Shown: one piece after another, positions 49,814-59,857 of the stretch
Position numbering within the stretch: position 1 is the stretch's first letter
Layout: each line of letters starts with the position of its first letter
Assembly (NCBI GenBank): GCA_965223265.1
Contig: OZ244999.1
Location: forward strand, 864,001-928,000
From: Planctomycetota bacterium
Lineage (GTDB): Bacteria > Planctomycetota > UBA8108 > SXIK01
Length of the DNA stretch: 64,000 bases
Direction of reading: 5' to 3'
The notes under the pieces: generated by a model
Database searches by the model: none
What the model saw: the letters and a program-made list of their open reading frames with translations, nothing else
What the model was told of the DNA's origin: nothing
Position numbers and translations under genes: made by a program

Positions 49814-52800
49814 TCACTCGCAACGCAGGCCGTCGGGAGTCGGGTCGATCCCGGGTTCGTTGTACGGTTCGGCCGGAGGATCACCCGCGACGAAGAGGTG
49901 GCGGAGGAGTTGAATGGCGTCGCTGATGTCCAGCACGCCGCCGTCATCGATGTCTGCGGCTTTTTCGCAGCGCGGGGCTGGCTGCCCTGAGAATAGATGG
50001 TTGAGGAGACGTAGGGCATCGGCGAGATCGATCACGCCATCCCCGTTGATCTCGCCGCGGCGAAAGGTGGTCGGCAACTCCTCAAATGCCTTGACGCGAT
50101 AGATCTCGGCGGCGCCGCTTGAGGTCTCGGCGATCGCCACCAAGTCTGACCCTTCGACGGCGATGCCGGTGATGCCGCCCGAGCTGTCTATATGGCCGAC
50201 GGGGATGCGGACACCGGTGAGCTCGCCCGCCAGCGACATCTCTTGGACAAACGTGACATGCCGATCCTTGCGATCCGAGGTGGTGAAAAACAATGTGCCG
50301 CGCTGCGCCGAGAAATCGACGCCAAGATTGAAAATGAAATTGCGAAACGGCGGGTCCGGATGGGCGAATTCGCGGAGCAACTGCCCATCTGGGCTCATCT
50401 CTACGAATGTGTTCGAGTTGCGTCCCAAGTAGTAATACGAGTCGGTTGTCGAGCTCCACGTCAGACCGGTGGGGAACGTCACGAATGGCCCGGTCGGGCG
50501 CGGCGTCAAAATGATCTGATCCGACTTGCGCTCTCCGTCCATTGTGTCGGTGATGAAGCGGAATTCTTCTCGTCCGATCAGATCCAGGCTGGGGTTGCGA
50601 ATTCCGGCGATGTAGGCCAGCTCTCGATCGTCGCCCTGAATCTGTCGAATAGCGAACGTGAAGATCTTGAGTGGGGCGGGCACGGACGTGTCGAGCGATT
50701 CAATGAATCGAAAGTTGCGGTCGAACACGAAAAGCCTGCGCTCGTCGCCAACGCGGTTTGCCCAGACGTAAATGCGTCCGTCAAACGGATCAATCGCCAT
50801 CTGCTCCGGACGTGCCACTGGCCACAAACTCGCACGGATCAGCACTGCTCCGGGTCCAGTCTGAAGAGAGGAGTGCGCGAAGTCGCTGCTCTCCGCGCCG
50901 CGTACTCCACGTAGCCGGTAGTTGTGGAATCCGGAGGCGACGTTGAGATCAGTGGCTGACTCTGCATCGCCCGGAAGATCGCTCACCTTGGCGCAGTCAC
51001 GAAAGAGCTCCAAGCGGTCGTAGCCCCCCGGGTTGGTGAATGAGAAGTGGACATCGTTCTTGTAGCCGGGCTGCTGGCTGCTGAAGAACGTTGGCGGTTG
51101 TACGCTCGAAAGCACCGATCGGGTATGAATCAGCTGCGGGATGCGGGCAGTTACAGGGATAGTGAGGAGATTCTGTCCATCCGGAAGCGCCGCGAACGTC
51201 ACGCCCGACGTTCCTGCTGCTTCCCGCACGCCCCGCAGCGAGATCTCTGAGCCGGGCACGCTCGCGCCGCTCGACTTATCGACGCGTAGGATGTGGAGCT
51301 GGCGACCGCGGGAAGAAAACGTCCCGCCGCTGACGTAGAGCTGGTTTGGCTCGCCGGGCACTCCGTCGATGCCGCTCGCTGAGATGCCGCCAAGGTCGAC
51401 CCCGACTGGACGCGCTTCCGCCGCCAGGTAGGGGTGCGGAATCGCGTTGAGAACCGTACCGTCGAGCGCGACTTCATAGAGAACATCGGCGACTGATTCC
51501 ACAACCCAAATCGACCCGGCACCGTTCGCACCGTTCGCGTCGAACGTCAGCCCAAGGCCGAATCCGAGATCGGGGGGATCATCTGGATCCGCCAAATCCG
51601 GTAGCTGGAGGTCGATGATCGCATCGAGCGCGCCGACCGCCTCGAGCTTTCCGAGCTTTGACTGAGTCGCGTTGAGCACATAAATCGTGTCGTCTCGGGT
51701 GTCGATCGCAACTCCCGTGAGAAAATCTCCCGGCATGAGGAATTGCGGATCCATAGTGATGGTCTCGAGGTTGGTTAGGTCGGTGTCCAGGATGTGGACG
51801 ACGCCCGCTCGAGCCTCTGTCAGCACGACGAATCCAAGACTCGAGAGAGCGATGTCGACGTAGAGACCGGAGGGGAGCTGCGTGATGTTCTCGACCTGAC
51901 CCGGGCCGACGACGGCTGTACACTCGAGGGCACGGACGGCGGACTCGCCGTTGACGATGGGGCTCACGCGGAGGTCGTAAACGCCGTCCGGAAACGCTCT
52001 GCTCCACTGCGCTGCGTCGCCCGGCAACACATCGAGGCGTTCGCAGCCGTGCCAAATCTCAATGCTGTCGAACCCACCGTCGAAGTTCGTCCATGTGAGC
52101 CGGGCTTCGCTTTGCACCACCACGCACTCAAGATTTCGGACCTCGCGTTGAGGGGGAGGGCCTGCTTCGAGTAGGATCAGCTCGGCGTTGGACTCGACGA
52201 CGCAAACGAAGACGTCTTCGTTCGCACCGCTCTGTGGGTTGCGGAGTGTGCGCCGAACCACACCGCTGATACTGCCTCCCGCTTCGCAAGCGGAGACCGC
52301 GACCCCCGAGTATGTGCCGTCGACGTTGAGCCGCAGGATCGCTTCACCATCCGGCGGGCCGCCGGTGACGTAGAACCCGGCGAGCTGGTTGGCCTCAAAG
52401 ATCAGGTCGATGCCGCCTGCAGTCGACGCCTTGAGTCCGGTGCCTGGAAAGCCGTCGGGGTCGTCCGGATGCTCGAACGTCCGCAGGATGTTGCCGCTGA
52501 GATCGAACTCATAGATGAGAGTGCTATTGAATTCAACGGCGTACAGCGAGCCGTTTCGATTGTTTCCCGTCGGGTCGAAGGCGAGGCCGCGGAAAAACCT
52601 GCCGCCGCCTGACACCACCTGAAGTTGGAACGCGCGACCAGTGAGTTCGCCGGTTCTGTCGATCTCGGTGACGACGGTGCCGATGCCGCCGGTGACGAAA
52701 AGTGTGTCGTCGAGACTGTTGTACGCAATTCCAGTCGTGAAGCCGTTGGGTGCTGGGGAATTGATTGGATCGTCGAGCTGCGTCGACAAATCGGCAGAGT

Positions 52801-53098
52801 AGTGTTCGATGGAATCGTCGAGAAAAGACGTCACCCAAAACGTGCCGTCTTGGTCCTGGGTGAGGTCCTGAACTCCAACGCTCGCGGGTACGCCACGTAT
52901 GAGATCGCCCGGCAACGCATCCAGGGGGCTTTGGCCGTAGCACGCAAGAGCGACGAGCGCACACAGTAGTGTGGGACACGCGGCGCGCGGTTTGTCACCT
53001 GAGATGCCACCTGGAGCAAGGCCTTGACCATGATTCGGCGGCGCGTTCACGTTCGTCAAACATGGTTGATCGGCGATGCTCCATCCGACGATTCTCAT
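49814..53098 (-). CDS. Large secreted protein: three propeller-like modules with Ig/FnIII-like linkers and C-terminal dockerin-type domain; start uncertain
   Basis: Repeated E..(L/P)(S/D)G..L....HP motif; two GPG linkers; FRRGEINGDGVIDLAD...C..AADIDDGGVLDISD..DPT. Confidence 0.8.
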   Translation of the reverse strand: MRIVGWSIADQPCLTNVNAPPNHGQGLAPGGISGDKPRAACPTLLCALVALACYGQSPLDALPGDLIRGVPASVGVQDLTQDQDGTFWVTSFLDDSIEHYSADLSTQLDDPINSPAPNGFTTGIAYNSLDDTLFVTGGIGTVVTEIDRTGELTGRAFQLQVVSGGGRFFRGLAFDPTGNNRNGSLYAVEFNSTLIYEFDLSGNILRTFEHPDDPDGFPGTGLKASTAGGIDLIFEANQLAGFYVTGGPPDGEAILRLNVDGTYSGVAVSACEAGGSISGVVRRTLRNPQSGANEDVFVCVVESNAELILLEAGPPPQREVRNLECVVVQSEARLTWTNFDGGFDSIEIWHGCERLDVLPGDAAQWSRAFPDGVYDLRVSPIVNGESAVRALECTAVVGPGQVENITQLPSGLYVDIALSSLGFVVLTEARAGVVHILDTDLTNLETITMDPQFLMPGDFLTGVAIDTRDDTIYVLNATQSKLGKLEAVGALDAIIDLQLPDLADPDDPPDLGFGLGLTFDANGANGAGSIWVVESVADVLYEVALDGTVLNAIPHPYLAAEARPVGVDLGGISASGIDGVPGEPNQLYVSGGTFSSRGRQLHILRVDKSSGASVPGSEISLRGVREAAGTSGVTFAALPDGQNLLTIPVTARIPQLIHTRSVLSSVQPPTFFSSQQPGYKNDVHFSFTNPGGYDRLELFRDCAKVSDLPGDAESATDLNVASGFHNYRLRGVRGAESSDFAHSSLQTGPGAVLIRASLWPVARPEQMAIDPFDGRIYVWANRVGDERRLFVFDRNFRFIESLDTSVPAPLKIFTFAIRQIQGDDRELAYIAGIRNPSLDLIGREEFRFITDTMDGERKSDQIILTPRPTGPFVTFPTGLTWSSTTDSYYYLGRNSNTFVEMSPDGQLLREFAHPDPPFRNFIFNLGVDFSAQRGTLFFTTSDRKDRHVTFVQEMSLAGELTGVRIPVGHIDSSGGITGIAVEGSDLVAIAETSSGAAEIYRVKAFEELPTTFRRGEINGDGVIDLADALRLLNHLFSGQPAPRCEKAADIDDGGVLDISDAIQLLRHLFVAGDPPAEPYNEPGIDPTPDGLRCE

Positions 53099-53221
53099 GC
53101 CGACTCCGATTCTCCAAGCCGTGTTCGTCCACAGCCCTTTTTTCTTGGGTGCGGAATTCGATTCACCGTCAGACGCAGTTTTTACGCAATTCCTAGGCGA
53201 TCTTACCGGTCGTTCCGATTC

Positions 53222-53241
53222 GGTGCAAGATACGTTGCACC
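53222..53241. promoter_or_regulatory. Palindromic operator-like site
   Basis: GGTGCAA-N6-TTGCACC perfect inverted repeat upstream of the dockerin gene. Confidence 0.4.
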
Positions 53242-53379
53242 TACCATGCAGCTCGGCAGAAGCTAGCCTAGCTGCCCCTCGAACGAATCGATCGTGCCAC
53301 CTCCCAAGTGCGCACTGGCTTGGTCTATCGGCCGTCGGCTGCCGCGGGCTGCCAAAACGGCGATTGTTTGACCAGGCTG

Positions 53380-54858
53380 CTAGCGCTTCGTGAACGTGCG
53401 CCGCAAGAACCGAAGTGCCCGAACGCGAAGGCTCGCGAGGTGTGGGTTGACGGGCACTTGGAGCGTCTCGGGCCAAAAGTGCTCGAGCACGCGGTAGAAA
53501 AACGGGAAGTTGGGAAGTTGGCGCAGTGGCCGCGGTGCGGAGAGACCGGACTCCAAGAGAGCTCGGCAGTTGAATGGATGAAACGACTCCTGCACCAGGT
53601 CGAGTTCCGTCGTTCCTTGGGCGAGCCAACCGGCGGCACGCTGTTCCCAGTAGTACAGGTCGAGCGGTTCATAGCCGAAGTCGTCGTAGATCGTTGCCAT
53701 CTCGTTCAGCCAACGTTCGAGATCATCGAGAAGACGATCCGTCTCGTGCAGGTGGGCACGGTGACACATGTCGCCTACGGCGATTTTGCGTTCGGGGTCA
53801 CGACTGCCGGCCATGTACACCTGACAAATCTCAGCACAATGCCCTTTCACCGCCATCGTGTCCGCGTACTTGGATTCCAGAATCGCGTATGCCAGCGGGG
53901 CGTAGCCTTCGTGCGCGAGAGATGAGTGTTGCTGGTAGGTGTTCCAAAACTCCTCCGAAACCTGCTCCGGGCATTGCAAGATGTCGTGCGTCAGGCCGAG
54001 CTTTGGAAATAGCTTCTGCGGCACCCACAGGTCGTCTTGCAAATCGCTCAGACCTTGAAAGCTGAGCGTGTAGTAGCCGACGACGCTCTCTCCCAAATCC
54101 CTCGTGAGTGCCAACAGCGTGCGCGAATCGAGTCCGGCTGTCATTGGCACGGATAGGGGGAAACGCGCGGCCGCCGCGTCCATGAGACCTTTGAGTAACT
54201 CGGTGTACGTCGCGAACGCGTCGTCCACCGGTGCCGACGGGCATTGGCGAACCGGCCAGAATCGACTCACGCTTTGGGGACCCAAACGAAGCACGTGGTT
54301 CGGCTGCAAGCGGAGTACATCGGCGTATTCGCTCCATCCACATGGAAGCCAGTGTTCGCGATCGTGGTGCTTCTGGCCGGCTATGAACTCGTCGACGTGT
54401 GGATCGCGACTCAGACCCAGCTCTTCGTCTAAGAGAATCGGGTCGGCCGCGCACGCCACGCCTGCGTTGCCGCGCGAATAGGAGGAAGTGGTGTAGTAGA
54501 CGGGCCGGAGTCCGCAGGTGTCATTGAGGATTTGGATTTCGCCACCGAGGTTCACGATCATCACCCAGCGTCCACCGAAGACGCCTGTCGCCTCGTCGAG
54601 AGCGGCTCCTGTGCGAAGACGCTCAAGAACTCGGCGCGCTATGCCGGCATCTGTCTCATGCACGTTGAGGGGATCGAGCGCGAACCCTAACACCACCAAC
54701 TCGTCGCTTTCGATGGTCGCTTTGGTGGCAGCAAGGTCTGCGGCAGCGTAAACGTGGTAGGGACCGATCGACAGATACTGCCACTGGTCGATTTGCGGGA
54801 GTTTCTTCGGCCGCTCGGTACTGAGATACCAGTGACGGCGATGTTTCAGTCTGTTCAT
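53380..54858 (-). CDS. Asparagine-synthetase-like protein (Ntn-like N-domain + adenine-nucleotide-hydrolase domain)
   Basis: [41 protein letters not shown]. Confidence 0.7.
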   Translation of the reverse strand: MNRLKHRRHWYLSTERPKKLPQIDQWQYLSIGPYHVYAAADLAATKATIESDELVVLGFALDPLNVHETDAGIARRVLERLRTGAALDEATGVFGGRWVMIVNLGGEIQILNDTCGLRPVYYTTSSYSRGNAGVACAADPILLDEELGLSRDPHVDEFIAGQKHHDREHWLPCGWSEYADVLRLQPNHVLRLGPQSVSRFWPVRQCPSAPVDDAFATYTELLKGLMDAAAARFPLSVPMTAGLDSRTLLALTRDLGESVVGYYTLSFQGLSDLQDDLWVPQKLFPKLGLTHDILQCPEQVSEEFWNTYQQHSSLAHEGYAPLAYAILESKYADTMAVKGHCAEICQVYMAGSRDPERKIAVGDMCHRAHLHETDRLLDDLERWLNEMATIYDDFGYEPLDLYYWEQRAAGWLAQGTTELDLVQESFHPFNCRALLESGLSAPRPLRQLPNFPFFYRVLEHFWPETLQVPVNPHLASLRVRALRFLRRTFTKR

Positions 54859-55230
54859 CCGAAAAGTCTCAACCGACTCTTGACCACTCGAGTTCGGCGT
54901 TCTTCTTACACCCGAGGCAAACGTGCGTCTACAGGAATCGTCCACATCTTTCTTTCGGACGCGAACGTCTCGACGTGGCTTTTCGAACCAGCTAAAATAG
55001 TGAATTGGTGGTTCGGCTCCGTTGCGTGCGGCTGCGCTCATCACGGCACGCATTCGTCGGAGACTTCCGTCATGACCTCAGTGCCTGCAGCAGTGGCGAG
55101 CAAGTCTCGCGAGCAGGAATGGCGCGTTCGGCACCGAACGAATGTATTCTTACGGTCACTTTGTTGCTGCAGACCGTGTTGCAGTCCGTTTCGCCCCAGA
55201 CACTGGGACGAGTCTTCTTGTGAGCTTTGC

Positions 55231-56334
55231 ATGGGCAACGTATTTGGCAAGTTGTTCACCATCTCTACCTGGGGCGAGTCACACGGCGCCGGAGTCGGAG
55301 TCGTGATCGATGGCTGTCCGCCTCTGGTTCCGATCGTCGAGACTGAGATCCAAGCGGAACTCGCTCGGCGCCGGCCGGGCCAAAGTCGCATCACCACGCA
55401 GCGAAGTGAGGCGGACGCGGTCGAGATTCTTTCGGGAGTTCAGGAGGGCGTCTCCACGGGTGCACCCATTGCCCTTCTCGTTCGGAATCAAGACGCGAAG
55501 TCATCGGCTTACGATCACCTGCGCGATCTCTATCGTCCCTCGCACGCGGATTTCACCTACCAGCAGAAGTATGGCATCCGTACCTGGGAGGGAGGCGGTC
55601 GATCGAGCGCGCGCGAGACGATCGGGCGCGTCGCGGCCGGGGCGATCGCGCGGCGTATTCTGGCCGATGCCCATGGTGTCGAAATCGTCGCGTACGTGAC
55701 CCGCGTCCAGGATATCAGCAGCAATGTTGACACTGCGTCGGTCGGGCGGCGGGAGGTGGAGCAGAGCGCCGTCCGTTGTCCCGATCCTGCCGCGGCTGAC
55801 GAGATGATCGCGCGCATTGAGTCGGTGCGCAAGGATGGAGACTCCGTCGGAGGTGTCATCGAGCTTGTGGTCCGGAACGTCCCGGTGGGCCTCGGAGCAC
55901 CGGTGTTCGATCGCCTCGAAGCGGACCTAGCAAAGGCGATGCTATCCCTACCGGCGACGAAGGGGTTTGAAGTTGGATCCGGGTTTGACGGCACCCTTCT
56001 GACGGGAAGTCAACACAACGATCCCTTCTATACGGATGCGGAGGGTCGGGTTAGAACGCGGACGAACCGATCCGGAGGGGTGCAAGGTGGAATCTCGAAC
56101 GGCGAAGCCATCGTTGCACGGATCGCTTTCAAGCCAACTGCTACGGTCAATAAGCCGCAAGAGACGGTCACCGTCGCCGGTGAGGCGACGACGCTGCGGG
56201 CGAAGGGACGACACGATCCGTGCGTCCTGCCGCGAGCGGTGCCGATGGTCGAGGCGATGGCCGCTCTTGTGCTCGTGGATCATTGGCTGCGCCACCGTGC
56301 CCAGTGCGGCGAGCGGCGTGCCGAGCCGGAGTAG
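55231..56334 (+). CDS. aroC: Chorismate synthase
   Basis: [49 protein letters not shown]. Confidence 0.98.
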   Translation: MGNVFGKLFTISTWGESHGAGVGVVIDGCPPLVPIVETEIQAELARRRPGQSRITTQRSEADAVEILSGVQEGVSTGAPIALLVRNQDAKSSAYDHLRDLYRPSHADFTYQQKYGIRTWEGGGRSSARETIGRVAAGAIARRILADAHGVEIVAYVTRVQDISSNVDTASVGRREVEQSAVRCPDPAAADEMIARIESVRKDGDSVGGVIELVVRNVPVGLGAPVFDRLEADLAKAMLSLPATKGFEVGSGFDGTLLTGSQHNDPFYTDAEGRVRTRTNRSGGVQGGISNGEAIVARIAFKPTATVNKPQETVTVAGEATTLRAKGRHDPCVLPRAVPMVEAMAALVLVDHWLRHRAQCGERRAEPE

Positions 56335-56430
56335 ACGTCGCCAGCATACTGCCTGGAATCCGCTGCACGTCGCTGTTGCGACCGCAGTGCGCGGCAGGCA
56401 GAAGTGAACAGCAGAGGCGCTCGATAAACA

Positions 56431-57066
56431 TTGAAGTCGTTGCCCCCGTTGATGTTGATCTCGGACGCCGGTCGCATTGGAGTTGAACGGTTTGTCTCCA
56501 TGCTTCCGTCGCTTTGGGGGGCTGGACTGCGCCTTCTTCAGATCCGCGAGCCCGAGATGTCGTCGCGTGAGCTCGATCTTCTCATCGCGCGCATTCACGA
56601 CACCGCACCCGAGGAGGCTGTCCTCGTCGTCAACGGATCGATCGATCTGGCTCACGCTCATAAGCTGCATGGCGTTCATCTGCGTGGAAACCAACTCGAA
56701 CTCATCGAGACCGCCCGCGCCAGGCTCGGCGACAGCTACCTGGTCGGCTTTTCGGCACACGGCGACGATGCCAAGACGGCGGGAGCAAGAGGCGCTGACT
56801 ATGTCACGTTCGCGCCTGTCTTCGAGCCGCTTTCGAAGACGCGAGCCGCACCGCCAAGGGGAATCGACAGCCTACAGAAGGTGTGCGAAGGTGTGCCGAT
56901 TCCGGTCTACGCACTTGGAGGCTTGAATGCACGACGGACGCGGCGAGTGCGTCTCTTGAGCGCTGCTGCCGGCGTCGCAACGATCGGCGCTGTTCTCGAT
57001 GCCCCAGACCCCGCTCGTGCGGTTGGCGAGCTCCTAGCGGCGTGGATCGGAGATGACGCGATGTGA
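56431..57066 (+). CDS. thiE: Thiamine-phosphate synthase / TenI family protein
   Basis: LQIRE, GVHL, GFSAH, ADYVTFAPVFEPLSK, PVYALGG; has VNG in place of IND so could be TenI-like. Confidence 0.75.
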   Translation: MKSLPPLMLISDAGRIGVERFVSMLPSLWGAGLRLLQIREPEMSSRELDLLIARIHDTAPEEAVLVVNGSIDLAHAHKLHGVHLRGNQLELIETARARLGDSYLVGFSAHGDDAKTAGARGADYVTFAPVFEPLSKTRAAPPRGIDSLQKVCEGVPIPVYALGGLNARRTRRVRLLSAAAGVATIGAVLDAPDPARAVGELLAAWIGDDAM

Positions 57067-57077
57067 GCCCTCGGCGC

Positions 57078-57743
57078 CTAGGAGAATCGGAGGCAGCAGC
57101 GTGCCTCGCGGCGTTCGAGTGTTGCGAGCACGATGGCGGCACCGATTCCTGCGCAGTGGGAGCCGGCTAGGTACTCGACCCCGAAGGCGGAGTCGAGCGC
57201 CGCAGCACTGACGAGCCAACCGCTGTGGACATATTCAAGCGCTGACTTCAGCGCCAGGCCAGCGCACAGAATCGCGCCCAAACGAGGCGAGAGGAGCTGG
57301 GCATGCGTTTCTGGATGTGGGTTCTCCCTGCCCGCATCTACCTCTGGGGTCGCTCGAGTCAGCAGCGACAGTGTGATCAGGCCATAGACGACTCCGGAGA
57401 GGCCGCAGTAGGTCGCCCAGCTTGACTCAACGTGGAGGATGCGGATGCCGGCGGCAACCGCAATGGCGAGCGCACAAAGCTCGATACTATAGCGGCGACA
57501 CCCAACGCGCCGCTCGCGAACGACGCCGAGCGGCACGAAGAGCATCAGGTTGAACAGTAGGTGGTAGTGTGTCGCATGCACGAGGTGCCCCGTCAGCGGG
57601 CGCCAGACGTCGTGACCTCGGGCACGCACGTCGATCAACAGAGTCGATAGTTGCGGCACAAGGAGGCTGACGGTCGCCACCGACGCTAGGAGGATCGTCG
57701 CGGGGGCGCTCCGCACCAGCCCGCGGCTTCCACTGAGTCTCAT
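57078..57743 (-). CDS. Rhombosortase (rhomboid-family intramembrane serine protease)
   Basis: WRPLTGHLVH..HLLFN, YCGLSGVVYG, K...E, SHCAG; overlaps the substrate gene by 4 bp. Confidence 0.85.
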   Translation of the reverse strand: MRLSGSRGLVRSAPATILLASVATVSLLVPQLSTLLIDVRARGHDVWRPLTGHLVHATHYHLLFNLMLFVPLGVVRERRVGCRRYSIELCALAIAVAAGIRILHVESSWATYCGLSGVVYGLITLSLLTRATPEVDAGRENPHPETHAQLLSPRLGAILCAGLALKSALEYVHSGWLVSAAALDSAFGVEYLAGSHCAGIGAAIVLATLERREARCCLRFS

Positions 57744-59065
57744 CCGAGGCGACGGGCCGTGCGTCGCGACTGCCAGCGTGCGCCGCCGTAGGCGAGGACC
57801 GCAAGCACGATCAGTGATGGGTCCACCGGCCCTCCACCGCTGCTACCTCCGCCTCCTCCTCCGCCGCTCGGCGGTGGCGTGGACCCGCCGCTACCAGGAT
57901 CTGTGGTCGTTGACAGGCAGCCGACAGCGGCGAGGTGATTCGCGATCTGTGTCTTACTCTCGGCGCTGTATTCGTCGAGGTTCGAAGAGCTCACGCTTTG
58001 ATACATGACGTAGCGAGGCGAGGATCCAGACGGATCGTGCTGCGCGTTCAAATTGTGACCCATTTCGTGCGCCACGAGAATTGGCATGATCGCCTTCGTG
58101 GCCAAGTCTTGGGAGAGTCCGAACGCCCATGGCAGATTGCAGAGCACGCCACGAAAAGCGATGCCGACGACCGTGCCGTCGAGGTCTTTCCCCGTGAAGA
58201 GATGGACCGCATCGCGGGCGATGGCGGCGTTGTTGGTATTCCAATGGTCTTGGAGTTCGTCGAGCAGCAGATCGGGATTGGTCTGGGTGTACGGTTCGGC
58301 TGCGTCTTGGTAGATGTTGAAATGAACGACCTCTATGGTGACGCCGAGCTCGGATTGGAAGATCCCGTCGACCTCGTTAAGGACCGCGTCAATTTCTGAC
58401 TGTGTCGAACTGCCGTAGCGTGTGAAGTAGGCGAAATCAACTTCCACGGCGAGTTCCAGGACCTTGAAGTCAGCGGTTTCGGCCTGCGGCTCGTCGTCGG
58501 CGGAAGAGGATTGGGGTGCTGTTGCGGTGGAGTTCACTTGGGAGTCGTCTGCGACGGGGTGCTCAGGGCTCGTTGCACACGAGCCGACCTCGACAGCGTC
58601 GAGATCTCCGTCGGTGTACACCATGTGGGCGCCGGCGAAGGAAGCTTGTGGCTGCGGGCGGATGAAAGTCCAACCTGCCGAGCTCTTGACGTAGCCACGC
58701 ACTCCATTGTCCGTGAGCGAAATGCGGACGACGCTGCTGTCAGGCTCGTCGACCAAATGGCCGCGAAAGAGGCGCGAGCGCTCTTGAAACGTGCGTCGCG
58801 TGCGCCCGTGTTCAGTGATCGTCTGTCGGAAACGTGCCGAGCGAAGGTCAACGGGCTCGAGGAGGACTTCATGAGACGCGTCGAAGAAGTAGAGCGCGCA
58901 GGGGCGACCCTCGTACGCTGCCGTTTCGATTTCATCGGGATCGAAAGCCTCGAGGTCGTAACGCGGTGGTTCTCCCTCGGCAACGGCAGTGGAACACATC
59001 GCGACTGCAAGCAGGCACTGCGCGAAGCGGCAGCTCAGACGTCGCTGCAGGTTCCTGAAACCCAT
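57740..59065 (-). CDS. Secreted M12/reprolysin-type zinc metallopeptidase with GlyGly-CTERM-like sorting tail
   Basis: Signal peptide, HEMGHNLNAQH, Met-turn YVM, tail SSGGGPVDPSLIVLAVLAYGGARWQSRR. Confidence 0.88.
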   Translation of the reverse strand: MGFRNLQRRLSCRFAQCLLAVAMCSTAVAEGEPPRYDLEAFDPDEIETAAYEGRPCALYFFDASHEVLLEPVDLRSARFRQTITEHGRTRRTFQERSRLFRGHLVDEPDSSVVRISLTDNGVRGYVKSSAGWTFIRPQPQASFAGAHMVYTDGDLDAVEVGSCATSPEHPVADDSQVNSTATAPQSSSADDEPQAETADFKVLELAVEVDFAYFTRYGSSTQSEIDAVLNEVDGIFQSELGVTIEVVHFNIYQDAAEPYTQTNPDLLLDELQDHWNTNNAAIARDAVHLFTGKDLDGTVVGIAFRGVLCNLPWAFGLSQDLATKAIMPILVAHEMGHNLNAQHDPSGSSPRYVMYQSVSSSNLDEYSAESKTQIANHLAAVGCLSTTTDPGSGGSTPPPSGGGGGGGSSGGGPVDPSLIVLAVLAYGGARWQSRRTARRLG

Positions 59066-59207
59066 GTCTCTCCTCCATCTTTACGATCTGCTCACTCCCC
59101 CCAACCGAGCACGATTTGCGACTGGGGACAGCCGGCTCGAACTCTCTCCCCTGGTACGATGAAGGCGAGTGGCCTGTCACCGGAGACTTCGAGTCGGGAG
59201 GATAGGA

Positions 59208-59223
59208 CGCAACCTCCGTGCCG
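59208..59223 (-). promoter_or_regulatory. Candidate sigma-54 promoter for the peptidase-rhombosortase operon
   Basis: Minus strand CGGCACGGAGGTTGCG (GG-N10-GC, GGCAC..TTGC). Confidence 0.55.
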
Positions 59224-59496
59224 CTCGCTACAGTTGATGTTTAAGCTGTGTGGGGAGAGTTGTTTGCAGCCTCTGCGAGAATCTGGCGCTCGGCTCCTGG
59301 GCTAGGTAGAACCTTCGCAGTCGGTAGAATGTACCCGCCGAGGCCGCCGCTGACGTTCCGAGATGGAACGGCAGAGAACTGTGGTAGAATGCCCTTCCTG
59401 CCGATCACGGTCTCCTGATCTCTCGCCTTGGCAGCGGCTCTCCCCGTCGGGCGCCGAAGTTGATCTGGTTCTCAAAGCTCAAGAAGGATCCTCAGC

Positions 59497-59730
59497 ATGC
59501 TGGGAGCTGTTTATCTCGTTTTTGCAGCAGTCGCTTTTGTCGGCTGGATATTTCACCATTCGTATCGCGACTGGACGTGGCTCCAGGAGCGGTGCGCCGC
59601 GTGGTTCGGCGAGAACTTTGACCCGGACTATCTTGCGTTACCGAATGAGTTTTGGGGGGCCCTTCTCTTGGGGCTCGGATTGGCGCTGGCGCTGGAAGGA
59701 TTCGCGAAGATCAGAGCCGCTCGCGTGTAA
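59497..59730 (+). CDS. Small two-TM membrane protein, hypothetical
   Basis: AAGGA SD, two hydrophobic helices. Confidence 0.55.
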   Translation: MLGAVYLVFAAVAFVGWIFHHSYRDWTWLQERCAAWFGENFDPDYLALPNEFWGALLLGLGLALALEGFAKIRAARV

Positions 59731-59857
59731 GCGTGCGCTTCGGGGATCTGTCGGGCAATGTGCGTTGCGGCGTGAACAGCGGCAGCGCGGGGTCCCGCGT
59801 GTGGCGCCGTCGACGCGCGGGAGGATCTCTCGATCAGCGCTGCAGGACTGCAGGACT

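Noticed and set aside
53099-55230. Long N-terminal extensions of the dockerin, asparagine-synthetase-like and aroC ORFs in the track
   Set aside because: The extensions overlap neighbouring genes or have low-complexity composition; downstream starts fit better
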